Shown one piece after another: positions 32,574-42,692 of a DNA stretch of 64,000 nt. Origin of the DNA: an uncultured cyanobacterium. Its GTDB lineage: Bacteria > Cyanobacteriota > Cyanobacteriia > Cyanobacteriales > Nostocaceae. The notes below the pieces were generated by a model, which was not told where the DNA came from, did not search any database, and saw nothing but the letters and a program-made list of their open reading frames with translations. Each line of letters opens with the position of its first letter. Within the stretch, counting starts at the first letter, position 1. The stretch spans positions 2,016,001 to 2,080,000 of the forward strand of contig OY970166.1 of NCBI GenBank assembly GCA_963706595.1, written 5' to 3'. A program made the translations under genes and the position numbers.

Positions 32574-32675
32574 CTAAATAGACTCTTTATATTAGCCTAA
32601 ATATATGAAGCTGCATGGCATAAAATATCAAGAATAATTGAACGCAGATGGACGCAGATTAACACAGATAAAGAT

Positions 32676-32912
32676 AGGATGTTACATTGAGATATCCCTG
32701 TAGATATGCAAGAAACTGAGTTAGAAGTAACAGTGACAGTCAAACCTGTTCACCAAAAAATTGATTTGTTAGCAGAAGAAGTTAACAAACTAAAATGGCA
32801 TGATTTCATTAATATGACTTACGGTTGTTTAGCAGATGATCCCATTATTAGACATCCTCAAGGTGAATATGAAGAACGAAAAACAATAGAATGATTTATT
32901 TGTTATATGGGA
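32676..32912 (+). pseudogene. degraded antitoxin followed by a PIN-toxin start stub
   Basis: In-frame MLH*DIPVD precedes the 32706-32894 ORF; ATGA-coupled MIYLLY at 32891 is cut off by a MITE. Confidence 0.55.
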
Positions 32913-32913
32913 C

Positions 32914-33019
32914 TATAGCGGTATCCACTCAAATGAAGTACATCATAGGCCCCTCCTCGCTTGAGGGGAGGGGGTTGGGGGTGGGGTTCTTGTATCTCAC
33001 TTAACTGATAACCGCTATA
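32914..33019. mobile_element. MITE-like element
   Basis: TIRs TATAGCGGT / ACCGCTATA enclosing a CCCCTCCTC...GAGGGGAGGGG palindrome; related cores at ~24900-24940 and ~48257-48293. Confidence 0.7.
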
Positions 33020-33045
33020 CTATCTGATGATTGAACAAACACGTA

Positions 33046-33257
33046 GTAGCGTGGCAAGGCTAAAATGTTGCAATAGATTTTTGAGAAAATTCAGATAAAT
33101 CAATGTTTTCGGCTTTTTCCTAATGCACTATTTTAAGCTTGCCACGCTAGTAGTGGCGTGACAAGGCTAAAATGTTGCAATAGATTTTTGAGAAAATTGA
33201 GATAAATCAATGTTTTCTGCTTTTACCTAATGCACTATTTTAAGCTTGTCACACCAG
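33046..33257 (+). mobile_element. two tandem 105-bp IS630-related MITEs
   Basis: Copies at 33046-33150 and 33153-33257 separated by TA; their termini match the adjacent IS630 TIRs. Confidence 0.9.
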
Positions 33258-33259
33258 TA

Positions 33260-34508
33260 GTGGCGTGACAAGCTTAAAATGTTGCATTAGAATCAACGAT
33301 TTTGTGAGTTTCAAACACTGGGTAAAGATGTTTAAGTTTGATACGAGCATCATCAGTAGTAAAACGCCAAATAACTTTACCTGCGGTGCGGTTACGTTCG
33401 TTTTGCCAAGCGGTCAATTCTCTAGATAGTTGACAAATACTAGGAATTCGTCGGTCTAGGCACTGTTGGCTTAAAACGCTTAATTCAATTTCGGCAACGT
33501 TGAGCCAGCTTCCATTGCGAGGAGTGTAATAAATCTCCAGTCTCCTAGCCAAGCGGTGAGCTTCTGGTGCGGGAAAAGCTTCGTAAAGTGATGTAATGCT
33601 ATGAGTGTTGAGGTTGTCACATAGCAATTTGACCTTGGTGGCTTGGGGATAGTCTTCATCTAATAGTTGACGGACTTCTTCGGCCCAATCAACACGAGTC
33701 CGATGAGCGCGATTGCTGACACGTCGCCAACCTCTGATAGGGTCAAAAAACATGAACAAAGCTTGGACTCCTTCGCGAGTATAGTGATAATCTTCTTTTG
33801 CATCTTCACCCGGTTCCATTGGTTTTGGCTCATAAAGATGCCCTGTTAATTGTCTAGAAGCTTCATCCATACAGATTAAAGGTTCCAAATCACTATGTTC
33901 TTGGCTGTAGAGGTCTAAAACTACTTCCATTTGAGAGACAAAACGTGCTATATCCCGTTCGGGAATACAAAATCTTTCTGTTTTCCAGGGGCGTAATTTG
34001 TTTTTTTTAATGTCTTTCTAATCGTCTCCCTAGAAATTTCTATGATAATTTTTCGGTTTTGAATTTCTTGCGTCAGTAATCTGAGACTCCAGTGTGCTTG
34101 CCCCGTGGGAGGTTCAGAACAACATAATGCAATGATTTGGGCTTCAGTCTGACCATCTATCTTGCTGACATTTGGTGGTTTTAACCTCTGATGACGATTT
34201 AAGGCAGGTTCTTCTCCCTGTTCGAGGAACCTCTTCCTGATTCTTGCCACCGTATTGCGATGAACCCTTAACCCTATACTTATTTCTTCATCTGTCCATT
34301 TTTTCCTTGCACCCTCTCCCTCATCGCACATTAACAACACCTGTGCGTGCAATATTTTTTTGGCTGGGGCCTGTCCGTTGCGAGCGATCGCTTCTAATCT
34401 TTTTCTTTTCTCTGTATCTAATATGACTTTATCTCTACGACCTCTCCCCATCAATTTCTCCTTTTTTTTCCTCCATTCTAATGCACTATTTTAAGCTTGC
34501 CATGCCAC
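33260..34508 (-). mobile_element. IS630 family insertion sequence (1249 bp)
   Basis: TIRs GTGGCGTGACAAGCTTAAAATGTTGCATTAG / CTAATGCACTATTTTAAGCTTGCCATGCCAC flanked by TA at 33258-59 and 34509-10. Confidence 0.92.
33274..34454 (-). CDS. IS630 transposase in two frames (HTH orfA 33948-34454, DDE orfB 33274-33930)
   Basis: orfA WTDEEI...HWSLRLL; orfB CMDE, DNLNTH and SWLNVAEIE; a -1 shift at the A8 run (34001-34008) joins them as LKKNKLRPWK. Confidence 0.9.
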
Positions 34509-34510
34509 TA

Positions 34511-34616
34511 CTGGCGTGGCAAGGCTAAAATGTTGCAATAGATTTTTGAGAAAATTGGGATAAATCAATGTTTTCTGCTTTTTACCTAATGCACTATTTT
34601 AAGCTTGCCACGCTAG
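34511..34616 (+). mobile_element. 106-bp IS630-related MITE
   Basis: Near-identical to 33046-33150, TA on both sides. Confidence 0.9.
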
Positions 34617-34759
34617 TAGGGTGCGTTATGGACTTTAGTCCTAACGCACCGATAATCTAGGATGGTGCGTTGCGCTACGCGACAACACACCCTACAAAAC
34701 ATAATTTTGAGTTACCGAATCATTTGTGTGTACACCGTAGCCGTTTTAACAGTTATCAG
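34616..34759 (+). repeat. 144-bp REP/MITE segment, inverted copy of 46664-46807
   Basis: The reverse complement matches with one mismatch by manual alignment. Confidence 0.9.
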
Positions 34760-34891
34760 TTATCAGTCAAGAGACTTATTTGGCTTTAATCTTTGGTTTT
34801 ATTTTCGTTAAATTTGTTCCCAGCCATAAACTTTATACACTCAAATACTGAGATGTGAGCTAAACTATTGCCATTGTGTGCGGAGTTAACA

Positions 34892-36076
34892 ATGGCGAGT
34901 CAAAGAGTGTCGCAATTACTGTCACTTGGTTTTATTAGTGGCTGCTTTTGTCTAGGTATTGGGATGGGAGTTTTGATTCGCTTTGGACAATTTCCATTAT
35001 CAGGTGCGATCGCCTCATTCACTGAAACTGAGTTATCTCCCTTTGCTGAACCAGAACTTACGCCAACGCCAGAGTCAGAAAAAACTGTTTTAAATACCGT
35101 TAGTATCAAAGCAGTTGGGGATATTATTCCGGGAACTAACTTTCCTGATTATAGATTGCCTAAGTCTCCAAATAAATTGTTACCAAAATCTGTGCGTAAA
35201 TACTTGCAAGGTTCTAATATTTTGCTGGGTAACTTGGAAAGCACCTTCACTAACCATCCCTATACTTCTAAAAATATCAGTCGGGGACAAGTTTTTGCTT
35301 TTCGTTCTCCACCTAGTTATGCAAAGTTATTTTCTCAGGTGGGGTTTAATGTCTTGCATATAGCAAATAACCATGCAATGGACTTTGGACAGGTGGGTTT
35401 TCAGGATACAATGAACAACCTGAAAAACGTTGGTATTGCGACGTTAGGTCATAAAAATCAAATTCTTTATTTTGAAGCCAATAATATGGCGATCGCCATG
35501 ATCGGTTTTGCTCCCTATAATATGTATAATTCTATTCAGAACCTCACAGCAGCCCAAGCATTGGTCGCTGAAGCTAAAAAAAATGCTGATATTGTTATTG
35601 TATCTATGCACGCTGGGGCGGAAGGAACCGCAGCACTCCATGTGAGAAATAAAACCGAGTTTTTCTATGGAGAAAACCGAGGTAATTCTATCCAGTTTGC
35701 ACGAACCGTCATAGATGCGGGAGCAGATTTAGTGCTAGGACATGGCCCTCATGTTCCCAGAGCAATGGAAATGTATCAGGGGAAATTGATCGCTTATTCT
35801 TTGGGTAACTTTCTCGGATATCGGACTTTATCAACAAAGGCTCAGACTGCATACTCAATGATATTAGAAGTCAAACTAAATTCTCAAGGTGAATTAGTTG
35901 CAGGTCAGATTATCCCCATACATTTAAATAGACAGGGAATACCTGAAATTGACCAGCGTTTTCGGTCTGTGGGACTGCTGCGGAATTTAAATAAAAATGA
36001 TCATCTTGTGGGACCGATACAAATTAACGATCAAGGGGAAATTGTCTTGCGCCAGAATAATCCAGATATCCAATAG
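34892..36076 (+). CDS. CapA / poly-gamma-glutamate synthesis family metallophosphatase
   Basis: AVGDI, GNLES, ANNHAMDFG, SMHAGAE, GHGPHV and YSLGNF motifs. Confidence 0.9.
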   Translation: MASQRVSQLLSLGFISGCFCLGIGMGVLIRFGQFPLSGAIASFTETELSPFAEPELTPTPESEKTVLNTVSIKAVGDIIPGTNFPDYRLPKSPNKLLPKSVRKYLQGSNILLGNLESTFTNHPYTSKNISRGQVFAFRSPPSYAKLFSQVGFNVLHIANNHAMDFGQVGFQDTMNNLKNVGIATLGHKNQILYFEANNMAIAMIGFAPYNMYNSIQNLTAAQALVAEAKKNADIVIVSMHAGAEGTAALHVRNKTEFFYGENRGNSIQFARTVIDAGADLVLGHGPHVPRAMEMYQGKLIAYSLGNFLGYRTLSTKAQTAYSMILEVKLNSQGELVAGQIIPIHLNRQGIPEIDQRFRSVGLLRNLNKNDHLVGPIQINDQGEIVLRQNNPDIQ

Positions 36077-36164
36077 CACTTTTAGATAAATATCAGCGTT
36101 ATAATTGCTTAAATATACTTGACAATCACAGTAGTTATCGTAGATATTTAGATTAAGCTAATTT

Positions 36165-36354
36165 TTGGCAGACCTATAGTGAGGTCAAAAACCCTGGGGG
36201 GTTTGCCAAATCGCCAGAACCTTGACAAATCAATAGTTACAGCGTTTCATGAGTTTCAATTGCGAATTTCGCGAAGTCTGAAATAGGGTTTCTAGATCAC
36301 CTTTGCCAAAATCGCCTCCAGAATCCACTGTTAGACTATGTTTCAAATGGCGGT
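36165..36354 (+). promoter_or_regulatory. CRISPR leader
   Basis: Non-coding region abutting the first perfect repeat; contains TTGACA and recurring TTTGCCAAA motifs; degenerate repeats lie at the opposite end of the array. Confidence 0.65.
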
Positions 36355-37268
36355 CTTTCCGCTAACTAATTCCCCGCAAGGGGATTGAAACATTTATTAC
36401 TCAGGCTTCACGATTGACAAATATTGCACTTTCCGCTAACTAATTCCCCGCAAGGGGATTGAAACTTTGCGGCTTTGGCCATCGCAGAGAGACTGAATTC
36501 TCTTTCCGCTAACTAATTCCCCGCAAGGGGATTGAAACTTTAGGCATCGGGAATAATGAGCAAATCACTAGTACTTTCCGCTAACTAATTCCCCGCAAGG
36601 GGATTGAAACATTTTAATGCTACTTTTGGTGCAAATATCAATATTACCTTTCCGCTAACTAATTCCCCGCAAGGGGATTGAAACATGCAACCGGAGTATC
36701 AGCCCCAACAAGCCCCGGCTCTTTCCGCTAACTAATTCCCCGCAAGGGGATTGAAACTGGCACTTGATCTCCGCAATCATCTCAGTATCCTCTTTCCGCT
36801 AACTAATTCCCCGCAAGGGGATTGAAACATATCTGATCCCTCGGCAACCCAGTAAATGTTGCTCTTTCCGCTAACTAATTCCCCGCAAGGGGATTGAAAC
36901 TTTAGAGAAAGCATATCTTACGTTGAGAATAAATATGTTTCTTTCCGCTAACTAATTCCCCGCAAGGGGATTGAAACAGGTTTTCAATAGCATTCATGAG
37001 TAGAGTTTTAGAACTTTCCGCTAACTAATTCCCCGCAAGGGGATTGAAACCGAATTAATAGGAAGCTTGGCTACGGCCGCTTTGGCTTTCCGCTAACTAA
37101 TTCCCCGCAAGGGGATTGAAACAAAGCTTTCATGTTGTAGAAAGAATGTTTAACACCGTTCTTTCCGCGAACTAATTCCCCGCAAGGGGATTAAAACACT
37201 TAAGGACATCAACCTTTTTTGGGCTGGCATTTCTTCTTTGCGCTAATTAATTCCCCGCAAGGGGATTT
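36355..37268 (+). CRISPR. CRISPR array, 13 repeats / 12 spacers
   Basis: 37-nt repeat CTTTCCGCTAACTAATTCCCCGCAAGGGGATTGAAAC (11 perfect and 2 degenerate terminal copies at 37161 and 37236), unique 34-40 nt spacers, TCCCC-GCAA-GGGGA hairpin. Confidence 0.98.
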
Positions 37269-37331
37269 AGGGGGCAAAATAGACTCAAATGCAGCCCAGT
37301 TTTCGGTAACGGAGGTTAGGGTAAATCTCAC

Positions 37332-37871
37332 TCAAATCTGAATACTTAACAAAGAGGCGATCGCTTCATCGCACCATTCAATCCACATAGTTTCGTAGCG
37401 AATCCCGCACCGCAGGGTGAGATAGATATGTCGTTGCGGGCGAGACAGATGATTTAAATCGCCAAATTCTAGTTCACGGGAGAGATAATGCTGCAATTTT
37501 TGCTGATGGAATTGCTTGCGGCGCTCAATTTCACGGATGAGGATATCTTCAGGAACGATAAATCCACTGCGTACTTTTACCAGTAAATCTTCACGGATTG
37601 CGGTTGCTTCAGAAGGTTCGGCAATCCAAGAAATCAATTCTTGTCTACCTACATCGGTGAGAGAATAGATTTTTTTGTCAGGACGAGCCGATTGTGGTAA
37701 TATTTCCACTTCTACCCAGTCTTTCTCCTGCATTCGTGCCAGTTCTCGATAAATCTGCTGCGAGGTGGCTTGCCAGTAGCAACTTACTTTTTCATTAAAT
37801 TCTTTGCTCAGATCGTAGCCTGTCCGAGGAGATTGAAGCAAGATGCTGGCGATCGCATGGGCTAAACTCAT
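37332..37871 (-). CDS. PadR family transcriptional regulator
   Basis: TGYDLSK, QIYREL, RPDKKIYSLT and C-terminal LTLRCGIRYE motifs. Confidence 0.92.
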   Translation of the reverse strand: MSLAHAIASILLQSPRTGYDLSKEFNEKVSCYWQATSQQIYRELARMQEKDWVEVEILPQSARPDKKIYSLTDVGRQELISWIAEPSEATAIREDLLVKVRSGFIVPEDILIREIERRKQFHQQKLQHYLSRELEFGDLNHLSRPQRHIYLTLRCGIRYETMWIEWCDEAIASLLSIQI

Positions 37872-37880
37872 AATTCTATC

Positions 37881-37933
37881 TTGACATAAACAACTAGTTG
37901 CATATACCCTTTGATTTATATAACTAGTTTTAT
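37881..37933. promoter_or_regulatory. divergent promoter with palindromic putative PadR operators
   Basis: TTGACA at 37881, CAACTAGTTG at 37891-37900 and AACTAGTT at 37922-37929. Confidence 0.55.
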
Positions 37934-37995
37934 AACAGTCAGTTGAATATCACAACGCTTCTTGTCAACGTAGCATAAAAATCATTCGCCAGTTT

Positions 37996-39315
37996 ATGGA
38001 AGCCCAAATTCAAGATATAGATGATGAGGCTGCCTCGCCTTTGAAGAATTCAAAAAAGATCGGAGTCAGAAATCTGCTGATTGCGAGTGGGATGGTAGCG
38101 GCAATGGCCTTCGGAGTATATGAACGGTTGTCTACTGGTCAAGAAGTGGCTATTTCTCCGCCATTGGCAGTGCAAGTCATCAAGCTCAAGCCTGTACAGT
38201 CATACGAAACCACACGATTTTATACAGGTGAAGTAGTGTCCACTCGCCGCAGCGACTTGGGCTTTGAACGAGGGGGAAAAGTGACTGAAATTATCTTCAA
38301 TCGCGGACAAACCGTAGAAAAAGGCGCAGTCATTGCCCGGTTAGATACGCAAAATCTCCAAGCACAATTAGCACAATTAACAGCACAGCGATCGCGTGCA
38401 GTGGCAGAATTACGAGAATTGCAGAATGGACCACGCAAAGAAACCATTGCTGCGGCTCGTTCTCAAGTGGAAAATTTAGAAAATCAGTTGCGGCTAGAAA
38501 ATATTCGTCGCGATCGCCGCAGTTCTCTGTACGAAGCAGGAGCGATTTCCCGTGAACAGTTGGATGAAGTGGCATTTAATCGGGATGCCCTCGCCGACCG
38601 CCTCGCTGCTACTCAAAGTGAATTAGAAGCATTGCAAAACGGGACACGCCAAGAACAAATCGCTGCCCAAGCCGCTACGGTGGCGGAAATTACAGCCAGT
38701 ATGGGCGATGTAGAAATCAATATTGAAAAAAGCATTCTCCGCGCTCCTTTTCGTGGTGTAGTTGGGGAACGAAATTTAGATGAAGGCACTGTGGTGCAAG
38801 CCGGACAGCCGATTGTGCGCCTAGTGGAAAAACTCACCCCGGAAGTAGAAATTGGCGTACCGCCCCAAGTCGTGCAGACTTTGAAAGTGGGGAGTCGTCA
38901 ACAGGTGCAGGTGGGTGAGCAAATTTATACTGCCCAAGTGCTGGCTCATAAACCAGAGATCAACCCCCAAACCCGGACTCGGACAGTGGTTTTGCAATTG
39001 GTTTCTACAGGTCAAACTATGCCAGCATCGGGAGAAATCGCTCGTCTACAAGTGGAACAAATGGTCTCTACCCAGGGATTTTGGTTGCCAGTAACCGCCT
39101 TAATTAAAGGAGAGCGCGGATTATGGTCTTGTTTTGCCATTGCGCCAGAGGGAGAAACCTATCGCATCGAACGGCGGGATGTGGAAGTGTTGTATACCGA
39201 AGGCGATCGCATCTTAGTACGTGGCACAATCATCGCCGGGGAAGAAGTTGTCAAAAGTGGCGCACACCGCTTGGTTTCTGGGCAAATCGTTAAATCAGTG
39301 GACAGTGAACAGTGA
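37996..39315 (+). CDS. RND efflux membrane fusion (periplasmic adaptor) protein
   Basis: N-terminal TM, LGFERGGKV, long coiled coil, LRAPFRGVV lipoyl halves and TRT motif. Confidence 0.92.
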   Translation: MEAQIQDIDDEAASPLKNSKKIGVRNLLIASGMVAAMAFGVYERLSTGQEVAISPPLAVQVIKLKPVQSYETTRFYTGEVVSTRRSDLGFERGGKVTEIIFNRGQTVEKGAVIARLDTQNLQAQLAQLTAQRSRAVAELRELQNGPRKETIAAARSQVENLENQLRLENIRRDRRSSLYEAGAISREQLDEVAFNRDALADRLAATQSELEALQNGTRQEQIAAQAATVAEITASMGDVEINIEKSILRAPFRGVVGERNLDEGTVVQAGQPIVRLVEKLTPEVEIGVPPQVVQTLKVGSRQQVQVGEQIYTAQVLAHKPEINPQTRTRTVVLQLVSTGQTMPASGEIARLQVEQMVSTQGFWLPVTALIKGERGLWSCFAIAPEGETYRIERRDVEVLYTEGDRILVRGTIIAGEEVVKSGAHRLVSGQIVKSVDSEQ

Positions 39316-39505
39316 ACAGTTATCACGCCAATTATCCAGATAAACGTTAGCGTAGCGTGCGCGAAGCGCATACCGCAGAGACACAGAGAACACAGAGGTA
39401 TGAGAGTTTGAGAGGTTTTTTGCGTTAGATGGTTGAGTGTTTTTTTATTTGAAAGTCTCTTATCTCTCTTGACTGATAACTGATAACTGATAACTGACAA
39501 CTGAT

Positions 39506-42500
39506 ATGGCACAGCTATTTTTTCGTAACTTGCGCTTGCTTTTGTTGGCGATTTTTTTGATTGTGGCTTGGGGAACTGTCACCTTTCAATCTCTACCTCG
39601 ATTGGAAGATCCAGAATTAACTTCTCGTTTTGCCCTAGTTACTACTTTTTTGCCAGGAGGAACCGCCGAACGCACCGAATCCCTGGTTACTGATCCCATT
39701 GAAGCGAAAATTGCCGAAATTCCGGAAGTGAAAACTTATGAGTCCACGTCACGCGCCGGGGTTTCCAGCATTTCCGTAGATTTACTCGATAGTGTGAGTA
39801 GGAGTCGTGTGCCTTTGGTGTGGTCACGGGTGCGGGATAAATTGCGGGAGGTGCAGGGGGAATTACCCAACGCCGCCAGTGAACCAGAATTAGATGAGGG
39901 AGAAGTGCGTGCCTATGCCCTGCTTACCGCCCTGACTTGGGAACAGTCTGATGCACCAAATTATGCCATTTTGCAACGACGGGCAGAGGTGTTAAAAAAT
40001 GCCTTGCGATCGCTCTCTGGCACAGATGAAGTGGAGATTTTTGGCGCACCGCAAGAAGAAATTACAGTGAATGTGAATACAGAAACTCTTGCTAGTTTAG
40101 GTATTACCGCCGCAGAATTAGCAGGGCAAATTCAACAAAGCGATGCCAAAACTTCCGCCGGACAGTTTCGCGGTGACAATACTTTGCTCTATGAAGTGCA
40201 GGGAGAATTGGATACCCTGAACCGTTTGCAGCAAATACCTGTAAGCTGTGCTAACTGTGAATCTAACCGGGAATTTCGGCTTTTGGCAGATATCGCCACC
40301 ATTGAAAAAGGAATTGCCACACCGCCCACAGAATTGGCATTTACTGCCGGTAAAGCCGCGATCGCCGTTGGTGTTTATGTCCAGTCCCAATATCGTCTGG
40401 ATCGCTGGGCTGTAGACGCACAGAAGGTGATTGATAGCTTTCGGGCTGATTTACCCAAGGGGATACAGTTAGAGATTGTCTTTGATCAGAGTCGTTATGT
40501 AACGGCGCGATTAAATAATCTCATCGGTAATTTGCTCTCTGGTACTTTGATGCTGTTCGTGATTTGCATTATCATGATGGGCTGGCAACAGGCATTAGCT
40601 GTACAGATGGCACTGCCGCTTTCAGTAGCGATCGCCCTGATTGTGATGGGCTTGTTGGGCATTCCCTTACATCAGATGTCGGTAACGGGGCTAATTGTAG
40701 CTTTGGGTATTCTGATTGATAATGCGATTATTCTCGTAGATGAGATGAATATCCGCCTGAAAGCGGGAATGTCTTTAGAAACCGCCATTACAGAAACTGT
40801 GCAGTATCTGCGTGCGCCTTTGCTGGGTGGGACATTAACCACTGTATTCTCCTTTGCACCTATTGCCTTACTTCCCGGTGCAACTGGTGAATTTGTCGGG
40901 ACGATTGGTTTAAATGTGATTGTGGCAGTGTTGGCTTCGCTGTTGGTAGCATTAACGATTTCGCCAGCGATTACCGCGAAAATTTATCAGTGGAATCATC
41001 GTCGCTCGTTCACCGCTAAAGGCATGATTGGTAAGGGAAAATGGGGGGAATCAGGATTTTCTCATCCTGCACTCACTGCTTCGTATCGCCGTTCTTTGCA
41101 GTGGTCGTTGCGGTATCCCAAACGCGCGATCGCCCTGACGCTGATTTTACCAGTCATGGGGTTTACCCTCATGACCACCTTAAGTTTACAATTCTTTCCG
41201 GCTGCTGACCGCGAACAGTTCATAGTAGAGTTAGAATTGCCTCCTACCAGTTCTCTAACGCAAATTCAGCAGTTGACACAAGAGGTAGAATCCACTTTAC
41301 GCAGTCATTCTGAAGTTCAACAAGTGTATTGGTTCTTGGGCAAGAGTGCGCCGAAAGTCTATTACAACCAACTCAATAATCGGGAGAACGAAAGCAGTTT
41401 TGCTGGGGCAATTGTGCAGATGAATGGCGTTGCTGCGGATAGCTTCATTCGCCAACTGCAAACGGAACTTAACAGCGCCTTTCCGAATGCTCGTGCTTTG
41501 GCGCGGTTGTTTGAACAGGGACCACCTTTTGAAGCCCCAATTGAGTTACGCATTTACGGCTCTGATGTAGATCGCCTGCAACAATTAAGTGAGCAACTCC
41601 GGGCAGTTTTGGCAGAAGTTCCGACTATTACTCACATTCGCAGTCGCCTTAACGATGTGCTTCCCCAACTGTCCCTAGATATTGACGAACCAGAAGCGCG
41701 ATCGCGAGGTTTAAGCCGTCGAGAAATTGCTCAACAATTGCAAATCATCACCGAAGGGGTAACTGGTGGCACAATTTTAGAAGATACCGAAGAAGTGCCT
41801 GTACGGGTGCGTCTAAGTAATAGCGATCGCGCTGACTTAAGCCAATTGCAATCAGTGAATCTGCTAACAAGCAATCGTAACGGCTACATTCCCTTAGAAA
41901 CCATTGGTAAACTCAGTTTAGTCCCCAAAAATGCCGCCATCACTCGCAAAAACGGTCGGAGAGTCAGCACAGTGCAGGGCTATCTCACAGCCGGAACCTT
42001 ACCTGCTAACGCTCTGGCTGATTTTCGCCAACGCTTGCAAAACTCGTTCTCCCTACCTCAAGGCTATAGTTTAGAATTTGGTGGTGAAGAAGCAGAACGT
42101 AACAGCGCCACTGGGGGACTACTCGGTTACGGCATTGTGCTAGGAATTGCCTTAGTGGTAACTCTGGTACTTTCGATGAATTCTTTCGCCCTGGCGGGTT
42201 TGATTGGTATGGTAGCGATTCTTGCCATTGGTTTGGGCGGATTATCGGTTTGGCTATTCGGTTATCCCTTTGGTTTTAATCCCATTATTGGCACTGTGGG
42301 ACTGATTGGGGTGGCGGTGAATGATGCGATTACCGTTCTCACTGCTGTCAAGAGTGATACCCTGGCACAGACAGGCGATCGCCCAGCCATAGTCGAAACC
42401 GTCATCCACACTACGCGCCATGTCCTGACAACCACATTCACCACGATGGCAGGTTTTATTCCTCTGATTCTCGGTGGTGGTGGATTTTGGCCTCCTTTAG

Positions 42501-42637
42501 CAGTGGTAATTGCCGGTGGTGTAGCTGGTGCAACCATTCTCGCTCTTTACTTTATTCCCTGTGCTTATTTATTATTGTCATCAAAGAAGCGATCGCCTCA
42601 AAACTCCCGGCGTTCCATAAATACGGTTCACTATTAA
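39506..42637 (+). CDS. RND efflux permease (AcrB family)
   Basis: 1043 aa; LPRLEDP, LGILIDNAI, FFPAADR, GPPFEAPIE and LTTTFTT motifs. Confidence 0.95.
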   Translation: MAQLFFRNLRLLLLAIFLIVAWGTVTFQSLPRLEDPELTSRFALVTTFLPGGTAERTESLVTDPIEAKIAEIPEVKTYESTSRAGVSSISVDLLDSVSRSRVPLVWSRVRDKLREVQGELPNAASEPELDEGEVRAYALLTALTWEQSDAPNYAILQRRAEVLKNALRSLSGTDEVEIFGAPQEEITVNVNTETLASLGITAAELAGQIQQSDAKTSAGQFRGDNTLLYEVQGELDTLNRLQQIPVSCANCESNREFRLLADIATIEKGIATPPTELAFTAGKAAIAVGVYVQSQYRLDRWAVDAQKVIDSFRADLPKGIQLEIVFDQSRYVTARLNNLIGNLLSGTLMLFVICIIMMGWQQALAVQMALPLSVAIALIVMGLLGIPLHQMSVTGLIVALGILIDNAIILVDEMNIRLKAGMSLETAITETVQYLRAPLLGGTLTTVFSFAPIALLPGATGEFVGTIGLNVIVAVLASLLVALTISPAITAKIYQWNHRRSFTAKGMIGKGKWGESGFSHPALTASYRRSLQWSLRYPKRAIALTLILPVMGFTLMTTLSLQFFPAADREQFIVELELPPTSSLTQIQQLTQEVESTLRSHSEVQQVYWFLGKSAPKVYYNQLNNRENESSFAGAIVQMNGVAADSFIRQLQTELNSAFPNARALARLFEQGPPFEAPIELRIYGSDVDRLQQLSEQLRAVLAEVPTITHIRSRLNDVLPQLSLDIDEPEARSRGLSRREIAQQLQIITEGVTGGTILEDTEEVPVRVRLSNSDRADLSQLQSVNLLTSNRNGYIPLETIGKLSLVPKNAAITRKNGRRVSTVQGYLTAGTLPANALADFRQRLQNSFSLPQGYSLEFGGEEAERNSATGGLLGYGIVLGIALVVTLVLSMNSFALAGLIGMVAILAIGLGGLSVWLFGYPFGFNPIIGTVGLIGVAVNDAITVLTAVKSDTLAQTGDRPAIVETVIHTTRHVLTTTFTTMAGFIPLILGGGGFWPPLAVVIAGGVAGATILALYFIPCAYLLLSSKKRSPQNSRRSINTVHY

Positions 42638-42692
42638 TGGTGTCTAGAAGCGGATAATTTGATTCTACCAAAACAATTTTGAGTATTTTAAC

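Noticed and set aside
33046..33290. Repeats that could be mistaken for a CRISPR or mini-array
   Set aside because: The units are ~105 bp with near-identical interiors and inverted termini matching IS630, and there are no unique spacers
33274..34454. Transposon-CRISPR association (CAST-like)
   Set aside because: The element is a self-contained IS630 with its own TIRs ~1.8 kb from the array; no tnsB/tnsC/tniQ or cas12k genes are present
34868..37871. Genes flanking the CRISPR array as possible novel cas effectors
   Set aside because: They are a recognisable CapA-family protein and a PadR regulator paired with an RND pump; there are no nuclease or RAMP motifs
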